Position numbers and translations under genes: made by a program | Assembly (NCBI GenBank): GCA_963720465.1 | Contig: OY970393.1 | Span: 576,001 to 640,000, forward strand | Length of the DNA: 64,000 nucleotides | From: Methanobacteriota archaeon | GTDB lineage: Archaea > Halobacteriota > Bog-38 > Methanoflorentales > Methanoflorentaceae | Reading direction: 5' to 3' | The notes under the pieces: model-generated | Seen by the model: only the letters and a program-made list of their open reading frames with translations | What the model was told of the DNA's origin: nothing | Database searches by the model: none | Part shown: positions 1-8,719 of the stretch, one piece after another | Layout: each line of letters begins with the position of its first letter | Position numbering within the stretch: position 1 is the first letter of the stretch

Positions 1-895
1 TCACTGCAGCGGTTAAGAGATCCTCATCTGTGCTCGCCGTGATGTTCACTTGATAGACTTCTGGAACTTCTGAAAAAACGCCTGCTTTGATTCTCTCCTG
101 TATTGTTGAGAGCTCTCTGACGGCTAACCCCCCACTCACTGTAATGGACACGTCAACGATTTTATAACTCCAACTGCCCCTCGTATGCACGTAGTTTATT
201 TTTTTGACTTCAGGCACGCTCTCTATCGTTTTTCGAATACCGTTGATGAGTTCTGGAGCAGCTTGCCTGTCCATAAGCGTGTCAATCGATACCTTTGCGA
301 CGCGCGCGCCAATGCGTATAACGAGAACGGAAATCAACATGCCCGCGATCGCATCCATATACCAGTAGCCAAGACCGGTTAAAACGAGAGCGACAACAAC
401 CGCAAGCGATGACACAGCATCACTTATTGAATGTTTCGACTGTGCTACGAGGGCGCTCGATTTGATTCTCATCCCGATGCGCTTTAAATATCGCGACAAG
501 AACCACGCCGCAGCCGTCGATACGGCAGCTACGATAATGCCAATCTGGAGTTCGGTTGCTGCATGTTTAGCGTACAACGCTGTCACCGAATCGTAGATTA
601 TAAACAGTCCCGTTAATATGACGATGAACGCTACCACGAGCTCCGTGATCGGCTCTGCTTTTGAATAACCATACGGATGCTCGACATCTGCAGGGCGACG
701 TGACACGCGCAATCCTATGAAAACCACGGCAGCCCCAAATATGTCCGCTAATGAGTGTACTCCATCTGCAATCAAGGCAACACTGCCGAATAACACCCCG
801 ACCGTCAGCTTACTTACCGTCAGGACAACATTCACAAAGATAGCGGTAATGCTTACCGCCACATAGTCAACACCGGAACGGGCGGGTGGCTTCAT
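1..895 (-). CDS. Cation diffusion facilitator (FieF/CDF) family transporter; 3' end runs off the window
   Basis: Not in the ORF track (no stop in window). Manual translation from ATG 895 gives SVALIADGVHSLADIF, RRPADVEHPYGYSKAEP and VHTRGSWSYKIVDVSI; frame is open at the window edge. Confidence 0.9.
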   Translation of the reverse strand, partial: MKPPARSGVDYVAVSITAIFVNVVLTVSKLTVGVLFGSVALIADGVHSLADIFGAAVVFIGLRVSRRPADVEHPYGYSKAEPITELVVAFIVILTGLFIIYDSVTALYAKHAATELQIGIIVAAVSTAAAWFLSRYLKRIGMRIKSSALVAQSKHSISDAVSSLAVVVALVLTGLGYWYMDAIAGMLISVLVIRIGARVAKVSIDTLMDRQAAPELINGIRKTIESVPEVKKINYVHTRGSWSYKIVDVSITVSGGLAVRELSTIQERIKAGVFSEVPEVYQVNITASTDEDLLTAAV

Positions 896-910
896 GTTAC
901 CGACAAGAAT

Positions 911-1780
911 TCAACGCAAGCGTAATCCCGCTTTTTTAGCGAATCGGCCCCAGAGTGCTTTAATCTCGCGTGATGCCGGACTGTCTGTGTACCGAACGAC
1001 GGGCGTTTGATCCACGATAGCGCGCACGACAGTCGGGTCATAGGGGACCATTCCCACGATTTCGATGTCTTTTGCTTGACAGAATTCCTTAATGTGATGC
1101 GCGTTTCCTTCGTGTAAGTCACATCGATTGATGCACGCGAACGTGGGCACGTTGAAGTGGTTGCAAACCGACAGCACCCGTTCTAGGTCGTGTATTGCTG
1201 AGAGAGTGGGTTCCGTTACAATGAGGGCAGCCGTTACCCCGGTGAGCGATGCGATAACGGGACAGCCTATGCCGGGAGGTCCGTCTATGACGATACATTG
1301 ATGATCGTTTTCACGTGCGATCTGCTCAGCTATCTGTCGCACGAAAGTGACGAGTTTGCCCGAATTGGCTTCACCCGGTTCAAGTCGTGCATGGATCAAA
1401 GGCCCGTACGGCGTGTCTGAGACGAACAGATTGCCAGATAGAACCTCCTCCATTGTTATCGCTCCCTGTGGACATACGAACGAGCAGACGCGACACCCCT
1501 CGCACAAAATGCGGTCGATGCTGCACTCCCTTATTGCGTCGAAGTGGCACGTGTCCTCGCAGGCACCACATTGAATGCATTTCGTAGCATCAATGCACGC
1601 CACTTGGGATGCTCTGAACTCTCGTGACGTTTTGACCTGACCGTCCACGATGAGGCTTAAGTTGGCCGCATCTACGTCGCAATCAGCAAGAACCGCATTT
1701 TTTGCTAACGCAGCAAATGACCCGACTATCGATGTCTTTCCTGTGCCACCTTTCCCGCTCACAACGGTCAACGTCTTCAA
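911..1780 (-). CDS. MinD-superfamily P-loop ATPase with inserted 2x[4Fe-4S] ferredoxin domain (COG1149-like)
   Basis: SGKGGTGKT, DCDVDAANL, CIQCGACEDTC and CEGCRVCSFVCP, DGPPGIGCPV; likely TTG start at 1780. Confidence 0.9.
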   Translation of the reverse strand: MKTLTVVSGKGGTGKTSIVGSFAALAKNAVLADCDVDAANLSLIVDGQVKTSREFRASQVACIDATKCIQCGACEDTCHFDAIRECSIDRILCEGCRVCSFVCPQGAITMEEVLSGNLFVSDTPYGPLIHARLEPGEANSGKLVTFVRQIAEQIARENDHQCIVIDGPPGIGCPVIASLTGVTAALIVTEPTLSAIHDLERVLSVCNHFNVPTFACINRCDLHEGNAHHIKEFCQAKDIEIVGMVPYDPTVVRAIVDQTPVVRYTDSPASREIKALWGRFAKKAGLRLR

Positions 1781-1827
1781 GTCTGGGCCTTCCTTCTCGT
1801 AACCGTGCAGCTGCTTAAGTTGTGCGT

Positions 1828-2673
1828 TCATTCTCGCGCGAGCATTTTTATGTTCTGGCAAAGCTGAGAGAATATCTCTCGATATTCAGGAAGCGCGTCG
1901 ATTGCCGGTACGCCTTGCGCGTAGTTGATCGCGAGCTCTCGGTCGTACGGCAGCCGCAGTAGTATCGGCAGTCCTTCTCTCTCGCAGTACGCTTCGACCT
2001 TGTCGTCGCCGATATCTGCCTGATTAATGATTACGCCAGCTGGAAGCTCGAGCTTCGAAACGAGCCCCACAACAAGGGTCAGATCGTGTAGCCCGAAAGG
2101 AGTGGGCTCTGTCACAAGCAGACACACATCACTTCTCTTTATGGCGTCTACGACAGGACACGAAGTTCCAGGTGGTGCGTCAATTATGACGATTGAATCG
2201 CGATTCACTTTGCGCTTCAGTGCCCGGATAATAGGCGGTGACAATGCCTCCCCAGGAGTTAAGCTTCCCTGGAAGAACGCAATATTTCCCGCGTTTCCTG
2301 ACTCGAGAAGTCCAATTTTGTGCTCTTTTTTGCCAATAGCGTTTTGGGGGCAAAAAAGGGCGCACCCACCACAATCGTGGCAAAGTTCAGGAAATATGAG
2401 CACACGATCTTTCGTGACCGCGAGCGCGTGAAAAGCACACACTTCAGCGCATTTCCCGCAAAACGTGCAGCGGGTGCCGTTGACGGTGGGACATACCGCG
2501 GTTACGGGCTCGGAATGAGTGAACTGAGGCTTCAGGAACAAGTAGGCGTTGGGTGCTTCCACGTCGCAATCAAAAAACTGGACGTTATATTTGTGTTCCA
2601 GTGCAAGCGCCAAGTTAACGGCTATGGTTGTTTTGCCTGTGCCACCCTTACCACTTGCGACCGCAATGATCAT
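1828..2673 (-). CDS. MinD-superfamily P-loop ATPase with inserted 2x[4Fe-4S] ferredoxin domain (COG1149-like), paralog
   Basis: ASGKGGTGKTT, DCDVEAPN, CTFCGKCAEVC and CHDCGGCALFCP, DAPPGTSCPV, EPTPFGLHDL. Confidence 0.9.
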   Translation of the reverse strand: MIIAVASGKGGTGKTTIAVNLALALEHKYNVQFFDCDVEAPNAYLFLKPQFTHSEPVTAVCPTVNGTRCTFCGKCAEVCAFHALAVTKDRVLIFPELCHDCGGCALFCPQNAIGKKEHKIGLLESGNAGNIAFFQGSLTPGEALSPPIIRALKRKVNRDSIVIIDAPPGTSCPVVDAIKRSDVCLLVTEPTPFGLHDLTLVVGLVSKLELPAGVIINQADIGDDKVEAYCEREGLPILLRLPYDRELAINYAQGVPAIDALPEYREIFSQLCQNIKMLARE

Positions 2674-2703
2674 GGCCTCGTGCGAGTCTAGGAAGTTCCT
2701 GTT

Positions 2704-3066
2704 TCACTCGTCAGCGCAGCCCTCATGGCGGAAATCTCCGTGCTCGCACGTGCTCACGCCTTCTTGCAGCGCTCCTTCGACGTACTGCTCAGCGACCTGT
2801 TCCGTGGGTCCCGCTATACCAAGTATGGCGTTGATACCTGCCTCGGCAAAGAGCTTTTGCGCCTTTACTCCCATGCCGCCGGCGATGATTACGTCTATTC
2901 CCCGTTCATGCAAGTAGCCAGGCAAGAAATTCGGTTTATGGCCAGGGTTTGGAATAATCTCTTTTTCGCGTATCTCCGTCCCTTCAATTGTGTATATTGT
3001 GTATTCGGGACAATGTCCAAAGTGTTGACATACGGCCTTGTTTTCCGTAGCAATAGCGAGTCTCAT
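2704..3066 (-). CDS. NifB/NifX-family (COG1433) metal-cluster-binding protein
   Basis: HFGHC, IIAGGMG, C-terminal C-E-H...H-E-G-C. Confidence 0.85.
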   Translation of the reverse strand: MRLAIATENKAVCQHFGHCPEYTIYTIEGTEIREKEIIPNPGHKPNFLPGYLHERGIDVIIAGGMGVKAQKLFAEAGINAILGIAGPTEQVAEQYVEGALQEGVSTCEHGDFRHEGCADE

Positions 3067-3386
3067 ACGTTACCTCCTTTCTGAAACATCTCCAGTGCAT
3101 CCTGCACCGTTGCAGCCGTCGTTGTGTGTATCTTCACGCCTGCACTCTGCAATACCTGGGCGGCTCTTGGCCCCACTTCACCTGAAATGACCACCTGCAC
3201 GTTGTGATCGATGACGAATTGTGCGCTGCTGATACCCGCCCCTGAGCTCGCCGCGTTTTCATTTGCGAACGCGGTGGACTGCTGAGTCAACGAGTCCCAC
3301 AAAATGAAGAAACGACAACGCCCAAAGCGAGGATCTACCGGAGCCGTCACCTCTTTTCCTTGCGCAGTGACCATAATCCTCATCAC
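3063..3386 (-). CDS. NifB/NifX-family (COG1433) metal-cluster-binding protein
   Basis: VDPRFGRC, GAGISSAQ, VISGEVGPRA. Confidence 0.85.
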   Translation of the reverse strand: MMRIMVTAQGKEVTAPVDPRFGRCRFFILWDSLTQQSTAFANENAASSGAGISSAQFVIDHNVQVVISGEVGPRAAQVLQSAGVKIHTTTAATVQDALEMFQKGGNV

Positions 3387-3769
3387 TGACTCCTCTCTAA
3401 CGTTGCGTCTCCGTTGACCTCGTCGCTGTCGTCACGTTCCTCCAGCTTAAGCGATTCGAGGCGCACTTTGAGATCGTTTAACTCCGCTTCCAAAACAGTT
3501 GCTTCCCGTTCAAGAGCTGCTTGCGACGCAGCCCTCTCCGCGGCCTGAGAAAGCATAATAGTTGACGATGTGCGCGCCCATCGGGGGAGTCCGGTCGCGA
3601 GGTATTGCCACCGATGGCCTCTGCCATATCCTCTTATCCCAGAACGGCGTGAGATTGACAGGGCCCCGCAGAAGGCTCGCTTCAGTGTTGTATCACTGCT
3701 GCAGCGTCCGCGTCTTCGACCAGTCAGAGGACCTACTCCAACAGGTCCCGTTCTATCAAGACCAGGCAT
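3383..3769 (-). CDS. DUF5320-family protein
   Basis: N-terminal MPGLDRTGPVGVGPLTGRRRGRC, Gly/Arg-rich middle with ATGLPRW, C-terminal coiled coil. Confidence 0.75.
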   Translation of the reverse strand: MPGLDRTGPVGVGPLTGRRRGRCSSDTTLKRAFCGALSISRRSGIRGYGRGHRWQYLATGLPRWARTSSTIMLSQAAERAASQAALEREATVLEAELNDLKVRLESLKLEERDDSDEVNGDATLERSQ

Positions 3770-4647
3770 TACTTATCACCTCTTTGCTTCGTTATGCTTT
3801 CCGTCCGAACGTCTTCTGTAATCCCATAGAAGCGCAGGACGTTACGTGCGATCGTGTTTACGCTCTCTGCTGAACGGGATGCTTGCGCTCCGTTTTCGCC
3901 AATAGGCTTACCGCTGTCTCCTGATTCACAGATTGCCATATCGAGCGGTATGCGGCAGATAAAAGGAACCTCTAGCTCCTTTGCAGATCGCTCCCCACCG
4001 CCACTTTGGAATATGTCCACGTGCGTTACACACGTCAGACACTCATAGCCGCTCATGTTTTCTATGATGCCTATCACCGGAACCCCCACCTTGCACAGGA
4101 AGTCAACCGACTTTCGCGAACTAACGAGGGCGACAACTTGTGGTGTGGTCACGATCAGTGCGCCGTCAGACCGCAGATCCTGTGCTATCGAGAGAGGTTC
4201 ATCGCCTGTGCCTGGAGGCAGATCAACAACCAGAAAGTCAAGAGCGCCCCAATTAGTCTCGTTGATGAACTGTCTGATTGCCGCCATCTTGACACCACCT
4301 CGCCACACGATTGCGCGGTCCGACGACGGTATCAGAAAGCCTGTTGAAAGAACTTTAAGCTTCTCTGAATAAGTTACAGGCACTAACTGGTTGTCACGAC
4401 ATTCTACGTTCCCGAAAAGGCCTAGCAATCGCGGTATGCTAGGGCTGGTCAAATCTGCGTCCAAAAGCCCAACAGTGTAGCCCTTCTGCGAAAGCGCCAC
4501 CGCAAGATTTGCCGACACTGTCGACTTCCCAACGCCGCCCTTCCCACTCATAACAATTATGCAGTGCTTTGCCGGCATTTTGGGGGGGGCTGTGTCAGGA
4601 TGCGTCATTAGCGGTATTTTAGTCTCAGCACGATTACTTGTCGCCAT
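3769..4647 (-). CDS. mrp: Mrp/NBP35 family Fe-S cluster carrier ATPase
   Basis: SGKGGVGKST, AIVWRG, DLPPGTGD, TTPQ, IENMSG and CLTC. Confidence 0.92.
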   Translation of the reverse strand: MATSNRAETKIPLMTHPDTAPPKMPAKHCIIVMSGKGGVGKSTVSANLAVALSQKGYTVGLLDADLTSPSIPRLLGLFGNVECRDNQLVPVTYSEKLKVLSTGFLIPSSDRAIVWRGGVKMAAIRQFINETNWGALDFLVVDLPPGTGDEPLSIAQDLRSDGALIVTTPQVVALVSSRKSVDFLCKVGVPVIGIIENMSGYECLTCVTHVDIFQSGGGERSAKELEVPFICRIPLDMAICESGDSGKPIGENGAQASRSAESVNTIARNVLRFYGITEDVRTESITKQRGDK

Positions 4648-4680
4648 GATATTTCCCTATGTGCTACGTTGATCTGAAGG

Positions 4681-4716
4681 CTTATAAATCTTACTCAGAT
4701 ATAGTCAAACTGACTA
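4681..4716 (-). promoter_or_regulatory. TATA box (TTTATAAG) and upstream palindrome TAGTCA-AAC-TGACTA for the mrp operon
   Basis: Minus-strand TTTATAAG at 4688-4681, about 35 nt before the ATG; perfect 6-3-6 inverted repeat at 4702-4716. Confidence 0.5.
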
Positions 4717-5308
4717 AAAAGAAAGGTAAGATTGCGCGCGACCGGACGGGTGTGAACAGACATTAAAAGCACTCTGGAAGATCACTATGCATGCAATTAG
4801 GCTGAGAGCGCCTCTACAACAGTTACTAAAGTACTAAGAACAACGCTGTCGTGAAATATCGTGGTTGGTGCACATTATCGGACGCACGTCGCATTGTTTC
4901 CATCACTCACCGCACGGGCTTTCCATAGATCAGCTCACGAACAAAAAAAACGAAATGCGAACGAAAAAAATGGTGGCCAACGATGCTGGGACGAGCGTTT
5001 ATTTCTAGTAGACGAGTACTCCTTCTTCCTCAACGGATGGCGACGATCACACCACACAAATCCTGAAAATAGCTTCTGCACGACCGCTGAGGAACTGGAA
5101 GACCTTGCTAAACTAGTCGCGAGCCTAAAACTCGCAAGAAAGAAGGAAGAAGTTTTAGGCCGTTGTCCCGACGCACCGTGCATCGAGAGAGACTTCTCCT
5201 CCTTTGTGTCAATATGCCTAAGAAGCCTACGGCCATACTTCCCGCTTAAATGCGCCGTTGATGGATAAATAAGCACCCACACGCTATTCTAATAACCAGT
5301 CGCCGCTA

Positions 5309-6481
5309 TCACTTCCACCGTTTCATGTCCTCTTTCATCACGAGTTTGCGCCTCCCATCCTTTATGATGACGGCTCTGTCAGTGCAGCTGAAGCACGGAT
5401 CGATGGAGGCGGCAATTATAGGAATATCCGCCACCTGACAGCCGATGAATTTAGGCACATACGAAGGGATATTGGCGAGGGTCGGTGAGCGTATTTTTAT
5501 GCGCTCAAAGAACCTCGTGCCGTTGGTCTCGACAAAATGGATAAGCTCTCCACGTGGCGCTTCGACTCTCCCGACGCTGCGTCCCGCGGGGATATCATCG
5601 TACTCAGTTTGAATGGGACCCCCGGGTAAGTCTTTGAACAATTCTTTGAGAAGCCACACTGACTGCTTAAGCTCTCCCAATCGAACTATCGCTTGGGCAA
5701 TCACGTCCCCACCCTCAGCGACTTGTGGTTTTATGTCAAAATCGCCATAGGCCGCGTACTTGCACATGTCTCTTGTGTCTTCCGGAACGCCGCTCGCTCG
5801 CGCGTTCGGACCGACGGCACCAAGTTCGATGGCATCTTCCTTGCTGAGCGCTCCAACGCCTGCACCGCGTTCAGCAATGCAGCTGTCTTTCAGCACCGCT
5901 TTGGTGATCTTGTCGACTGCTCTGTCAAGATACTCGCATACGTGGACTGCGCTCCTTACCTGCTGCTCAGAGACGTTCCATTTGACGCCGCCGATCGTGT
6001 TGCACCCGTACATCACGCGATTGCCCGACAGCATCTCGAGAAGATCCATCACCTTCTCACGCTCTCGCCATGTGTACATAAAGAGTGTGTGGTATCCGAT
6101 CTCCTCTCCTGCTATCCCCGCCCAGAGCATATGCGAGGTTATCCGCTCAAGCTCTGCAAATATTGTCCTAATGTACTTCGCCCGTTCGGGCACTTGGATG
6201 CCAGCAATATCCTCGAGCCGTTCGACGTGATTGAGCGGGTGGGAGTGCGAACAAATGCCGCAGATACGCTCGACTAGGTACACGACCTTAGGCATTGGCC
6301 GCTCTTGGCAGAGCCGTTCGATGCTGCGGTGGTTGTAGCCAATCTCGTAATCAACACCGACGACCTTTTCTCCCTCAACATCGAACACAAACCGCGCTGG
6401 TTCTTCAAGCGCGGGGTGGCTTGGGCCAATAGGTACTTTGAGTTTCGCAAAGGTGCTGCTTTTGTCTATCTCAGTCGTCAT
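5309..6481 (-). CDS. Group 4 energy-converting [NiFe]-hydrogenase large subunit (MbhL/EhbN/EchE-like), monocistronic
   Basis: GPSHPALEEP, ERICGICSHSH, VEAPRGEL, IRSPT, DPCFSCTDR followed by a 21-aa C-terminal extension. Confidence 0.92.
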   Translation of the reverse strand: MTTEIDKSSTFAKLKVPIGPSHPALEEPARFVFDVEGEKVVGVDYEIGYNHRSIERLCQERPMPKVVYLVERICGICSHSHPLNHVERLEDIAGIQVPERAKYIRTIFAELERITSHMLWAGIAGEEIGYHTLFMYTWREREKVMDLLEMLSGNRVMYGCNTIGGVKWNVSEQQVRSAVHVCEYLDRAVDKITKAVLKDSCIAERGAGVGALSKEDAIELGAVGPNARASGVPEDTRDMCKYAAYGDFDIKPQVAEGGDVIAQAIVRLGELKQSVWLLKELFKDLPGGPIQTEYDDIPAGRSVGRVEAPRGELIHFVETNGTRFFERIKIRSPTLANIPSYVPKFIGCQVADIPIIAASIDPCFSCTDRAVIIKDGRRKLVMKEDMKRWK

Positions 6482-6890
6482 AAGGACTCCAGTTTAAAGC
6501 AAATTTAATAAATAGAGCATAATGGCACGCAAGAAACGGCTGTGCTCGGTATGCCAATACGCGAACAAACCCATCCTTTTACTCTCATCCTCGTTGTGGG
6601 GCCAACTGCTCGCGGCTCGAGTTTTAGCCGGCGCCCCCATTTCACCATCGGGATCTATCGCAGCCGGGTTTCAAGCCGCTTTCTTACATTGATGGTAAGG
6701 GCTCTGCAGCTCCAACGCGCGACGCATGCATTTCAGACAAGTCGATTCCTCGTACCATATAGTCTTTATGCAGTTGCAGAGTCCAGCCTTCTCTTCTAAC
6801 TATTACTCGTTCTCGAAGCAACATAAATCTTACCCCGGAAATAGACTAACTAAAATCATCGAGGGTAAGAAGAAGATATAAAGATAGAAT

Positions 6891-7238
6891 GTGATATATG
6901 GACGCGGAAAACATCGTGGCGGAGGAAGAACGCTGAGTGAGCATACGTACAAGAGCGAGTTCGTATTGGTACTAGCAGCGACATTTAGTGATACCCGTGC
7001 AAAATCGTCTAAATTTCTTGAGCCGCTGTTCAATAAGGGCGTTGCAGTTTCGCCCGAGCTGCTCGAACGAGGGATCGGAGCGCTCGATCAGCTCGTCACC
7101 CTCGACAAACTTTCGGCGCTTAAAGCCGAACTCAGTCTGCCGCAGCTGGACGCAAGGGACGTCGCTATTCTTGCGCAAGCAATAGTAGAGATCGGTACTA
7201 TCTTAACTAAAAAAGGCGCGCCGAAAATGGGGGCTTGA
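6891..7238 (+). CDS. Cys-free small protein resembling the C-terminal helical part of HdrC; coupled to the hdrB-like gene
   Basis: Overlaps the next start (TTGA). LSALKAELSLP and IVEIGTILTKKG recall the HdrC C-terminus (from memory). GGAGG at 6921-6925 precedes an in-frame CTG at 6933. Confidence 0.5.
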   Translation: MIYGRGKHRGGGRTLSEHTYKSEFVLVLAATFSDTRAKSSKFLEPLFNKGVAVSPELLERGIGALDQLVTLDKLSALKAELSLPQLDARDVAILAQAIVEIGTILTKKGAPKMGA

Positions 7239-8169
7239 TAACGACCACTGATGCTCTAATTCTAACACCTTCTAAGCTCCCTCAACGGTTATATTTGTTT
7301 AAAAGCTGCCTAGCAGGAACCTTTCACCCCGGCATAGAGCGATCCTTTCGATTCATACTTAATTCGCTGAAAATTGATTACTTTGATGATGCGAATCAAT
7401 CATCGTGCACAGGATTTGGAGTACATTGCGGGCATGGTTCCTCCCGAGGTGAACCTCAGCATCAATGCTAGAAACCTCGCGCTTGCTTACAGTTCAGGTT
7501 ACACAAACATCATCTGCACCTGTCCGACGTCATACGCGAATCTCAAAGAGTGCACAAAAGAGCTAGACGACGAAAAAACGCGCGCTGCGATAAATGACGT
7601 ATTGAAAGCAATTGGACGCGAGTACCACAGAGGCGTTAAGATATATCACGCAGCCGAGGTGCTTTATGTCATAAGAGAGAGTCTTATCGAGCGAGCAACA
7701 CTGTCTCTTTCAGGGATAAAGGTCGCTACGCATCACGGCTGCCACTATACAAAAGTCTTCTATGATGAAGTCATAGGCGGGCCTTGGGAGGACCCGAGAT
7801 TACTAGACAATATATGCGCCGGTTTTTCGAGCACGCTGGTCGACTATTCTGAGCGCTCCCTGTGCTGCGGCATGGGTTTTTCGAACTTTATTAGTTCAAA
7901 TAACTATACGGAGTCGACAAGCTTTCGGAAACTTGAGAGCATTCTCGCAGAAGAACCCGACGTCATTGTGACCATGTGTGCTGCCTGCCAGGTAGTCCTT
8001 GACCAGTTTCAGAAGAAGTTTGAAAAAAAGCTTGAATACGTTGCCCCAGGTACTCAACGTTTCGCAACTGGTGGCCATCTTGCTTGGCGCTAATACCTTA
8101 AAAGACGCGTGTCTCCAATTTGCAGCGATAGACGCAGCTCCCCTTCTAAAAAAGATTGAGGTAGTTTGA
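7235..8169 (+). pseudogene. hdrB: HdrB-like CCG-domain protein, interrupted by two +1 frameshifts (pseudogene or sequencing error)
   Basis: Three successive frames give LYLFKSCL...PGIE...QSSCTG, then NARNLALA...HHGCHY...SLCCGMG...MCAACQ, then PQVLNVSQLVAILLGA...EVV*. Removing one base near 7414-7427 and one A at 8023-8029 gives 310 aa. Confidence 0.8.
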
Positions 8170-8292
8170 TGCGGCAAAACTTGCGGTCTTCCTGGATAAG
8201 CGCGACAGCCATTTGGAATACGGTACCGTCTTGGGGAAATGTGCGTGTCGTCAAAGTACAAGTCCTGTTGAAGCAAGATGTAAAGGCGTGGA

Positions 8293-8556
8293 ATGAATAT
8301 GCAGGGCTCTAGCACGAAGGATTTCCTCAATTTTATTATTCCCCTTGGAAAATTCATTGCCTTGCTCGCTGTCGTCTCAGTCGCTTCTGTTGGATTCGCA
8401 TATCTTATAGGCGCCGTCGGAAACGTCGTTGCTTCAGACGGCATCATCGTGAACAATGCGGCAGTCTCAACGGTTACCGTCGGGTATTCTCTCACTTGCG
8501 CTTTTGTAGCTATAGGCGCTGTGCTCGCTGCGTTGTATGCATTCAAAAATGTATGA
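8293..8556 (+). CDS. Small membrane protein, two predicted TM helices
   Basis: 87 aa with two long hydrophobic stretches; no family recognised. Confidence 0.55.
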   Translation: MNMQGSSTKDFLNFIIPLGKFIALLAVVSVASVGFAYLIGAVGNVVASDGIIVNNAAVSTVTVGYSLTCAFVAIGAVLAALYAFKNV

Positions 8557-8719
8557 GGACGGCGCCGTATACTTTCTACGCGAGCTTAGGTTCATATGGC
8601 CAGTCGCGTCGCTAAGGATCTCGACTTCTCCCTCGCCGCGCGAAATGCCTATTACTTGACTCAACAGTCAACCGGGCTAAAGATAATCTAGATACTGAAG
8701 CAAGCGTTTGATATCTGTG

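Noticed and set aside
911-2673. COG1149 ATPases as substitutes for the missing CfbC
   Set aside because: They are MinD-like with an inserted ferredoxin domain and lack the NifH-type cluster-binding motifs; only proximity supports the idea.
4861-5282. Overlapping 135-aa (+) and 115-aa (-) ORFs
   Set aside because: No recognisable motifs, and they span A-rich tracts that look like terminator sequence; treated as intergenic, though a gene remnant cannot be excluded.
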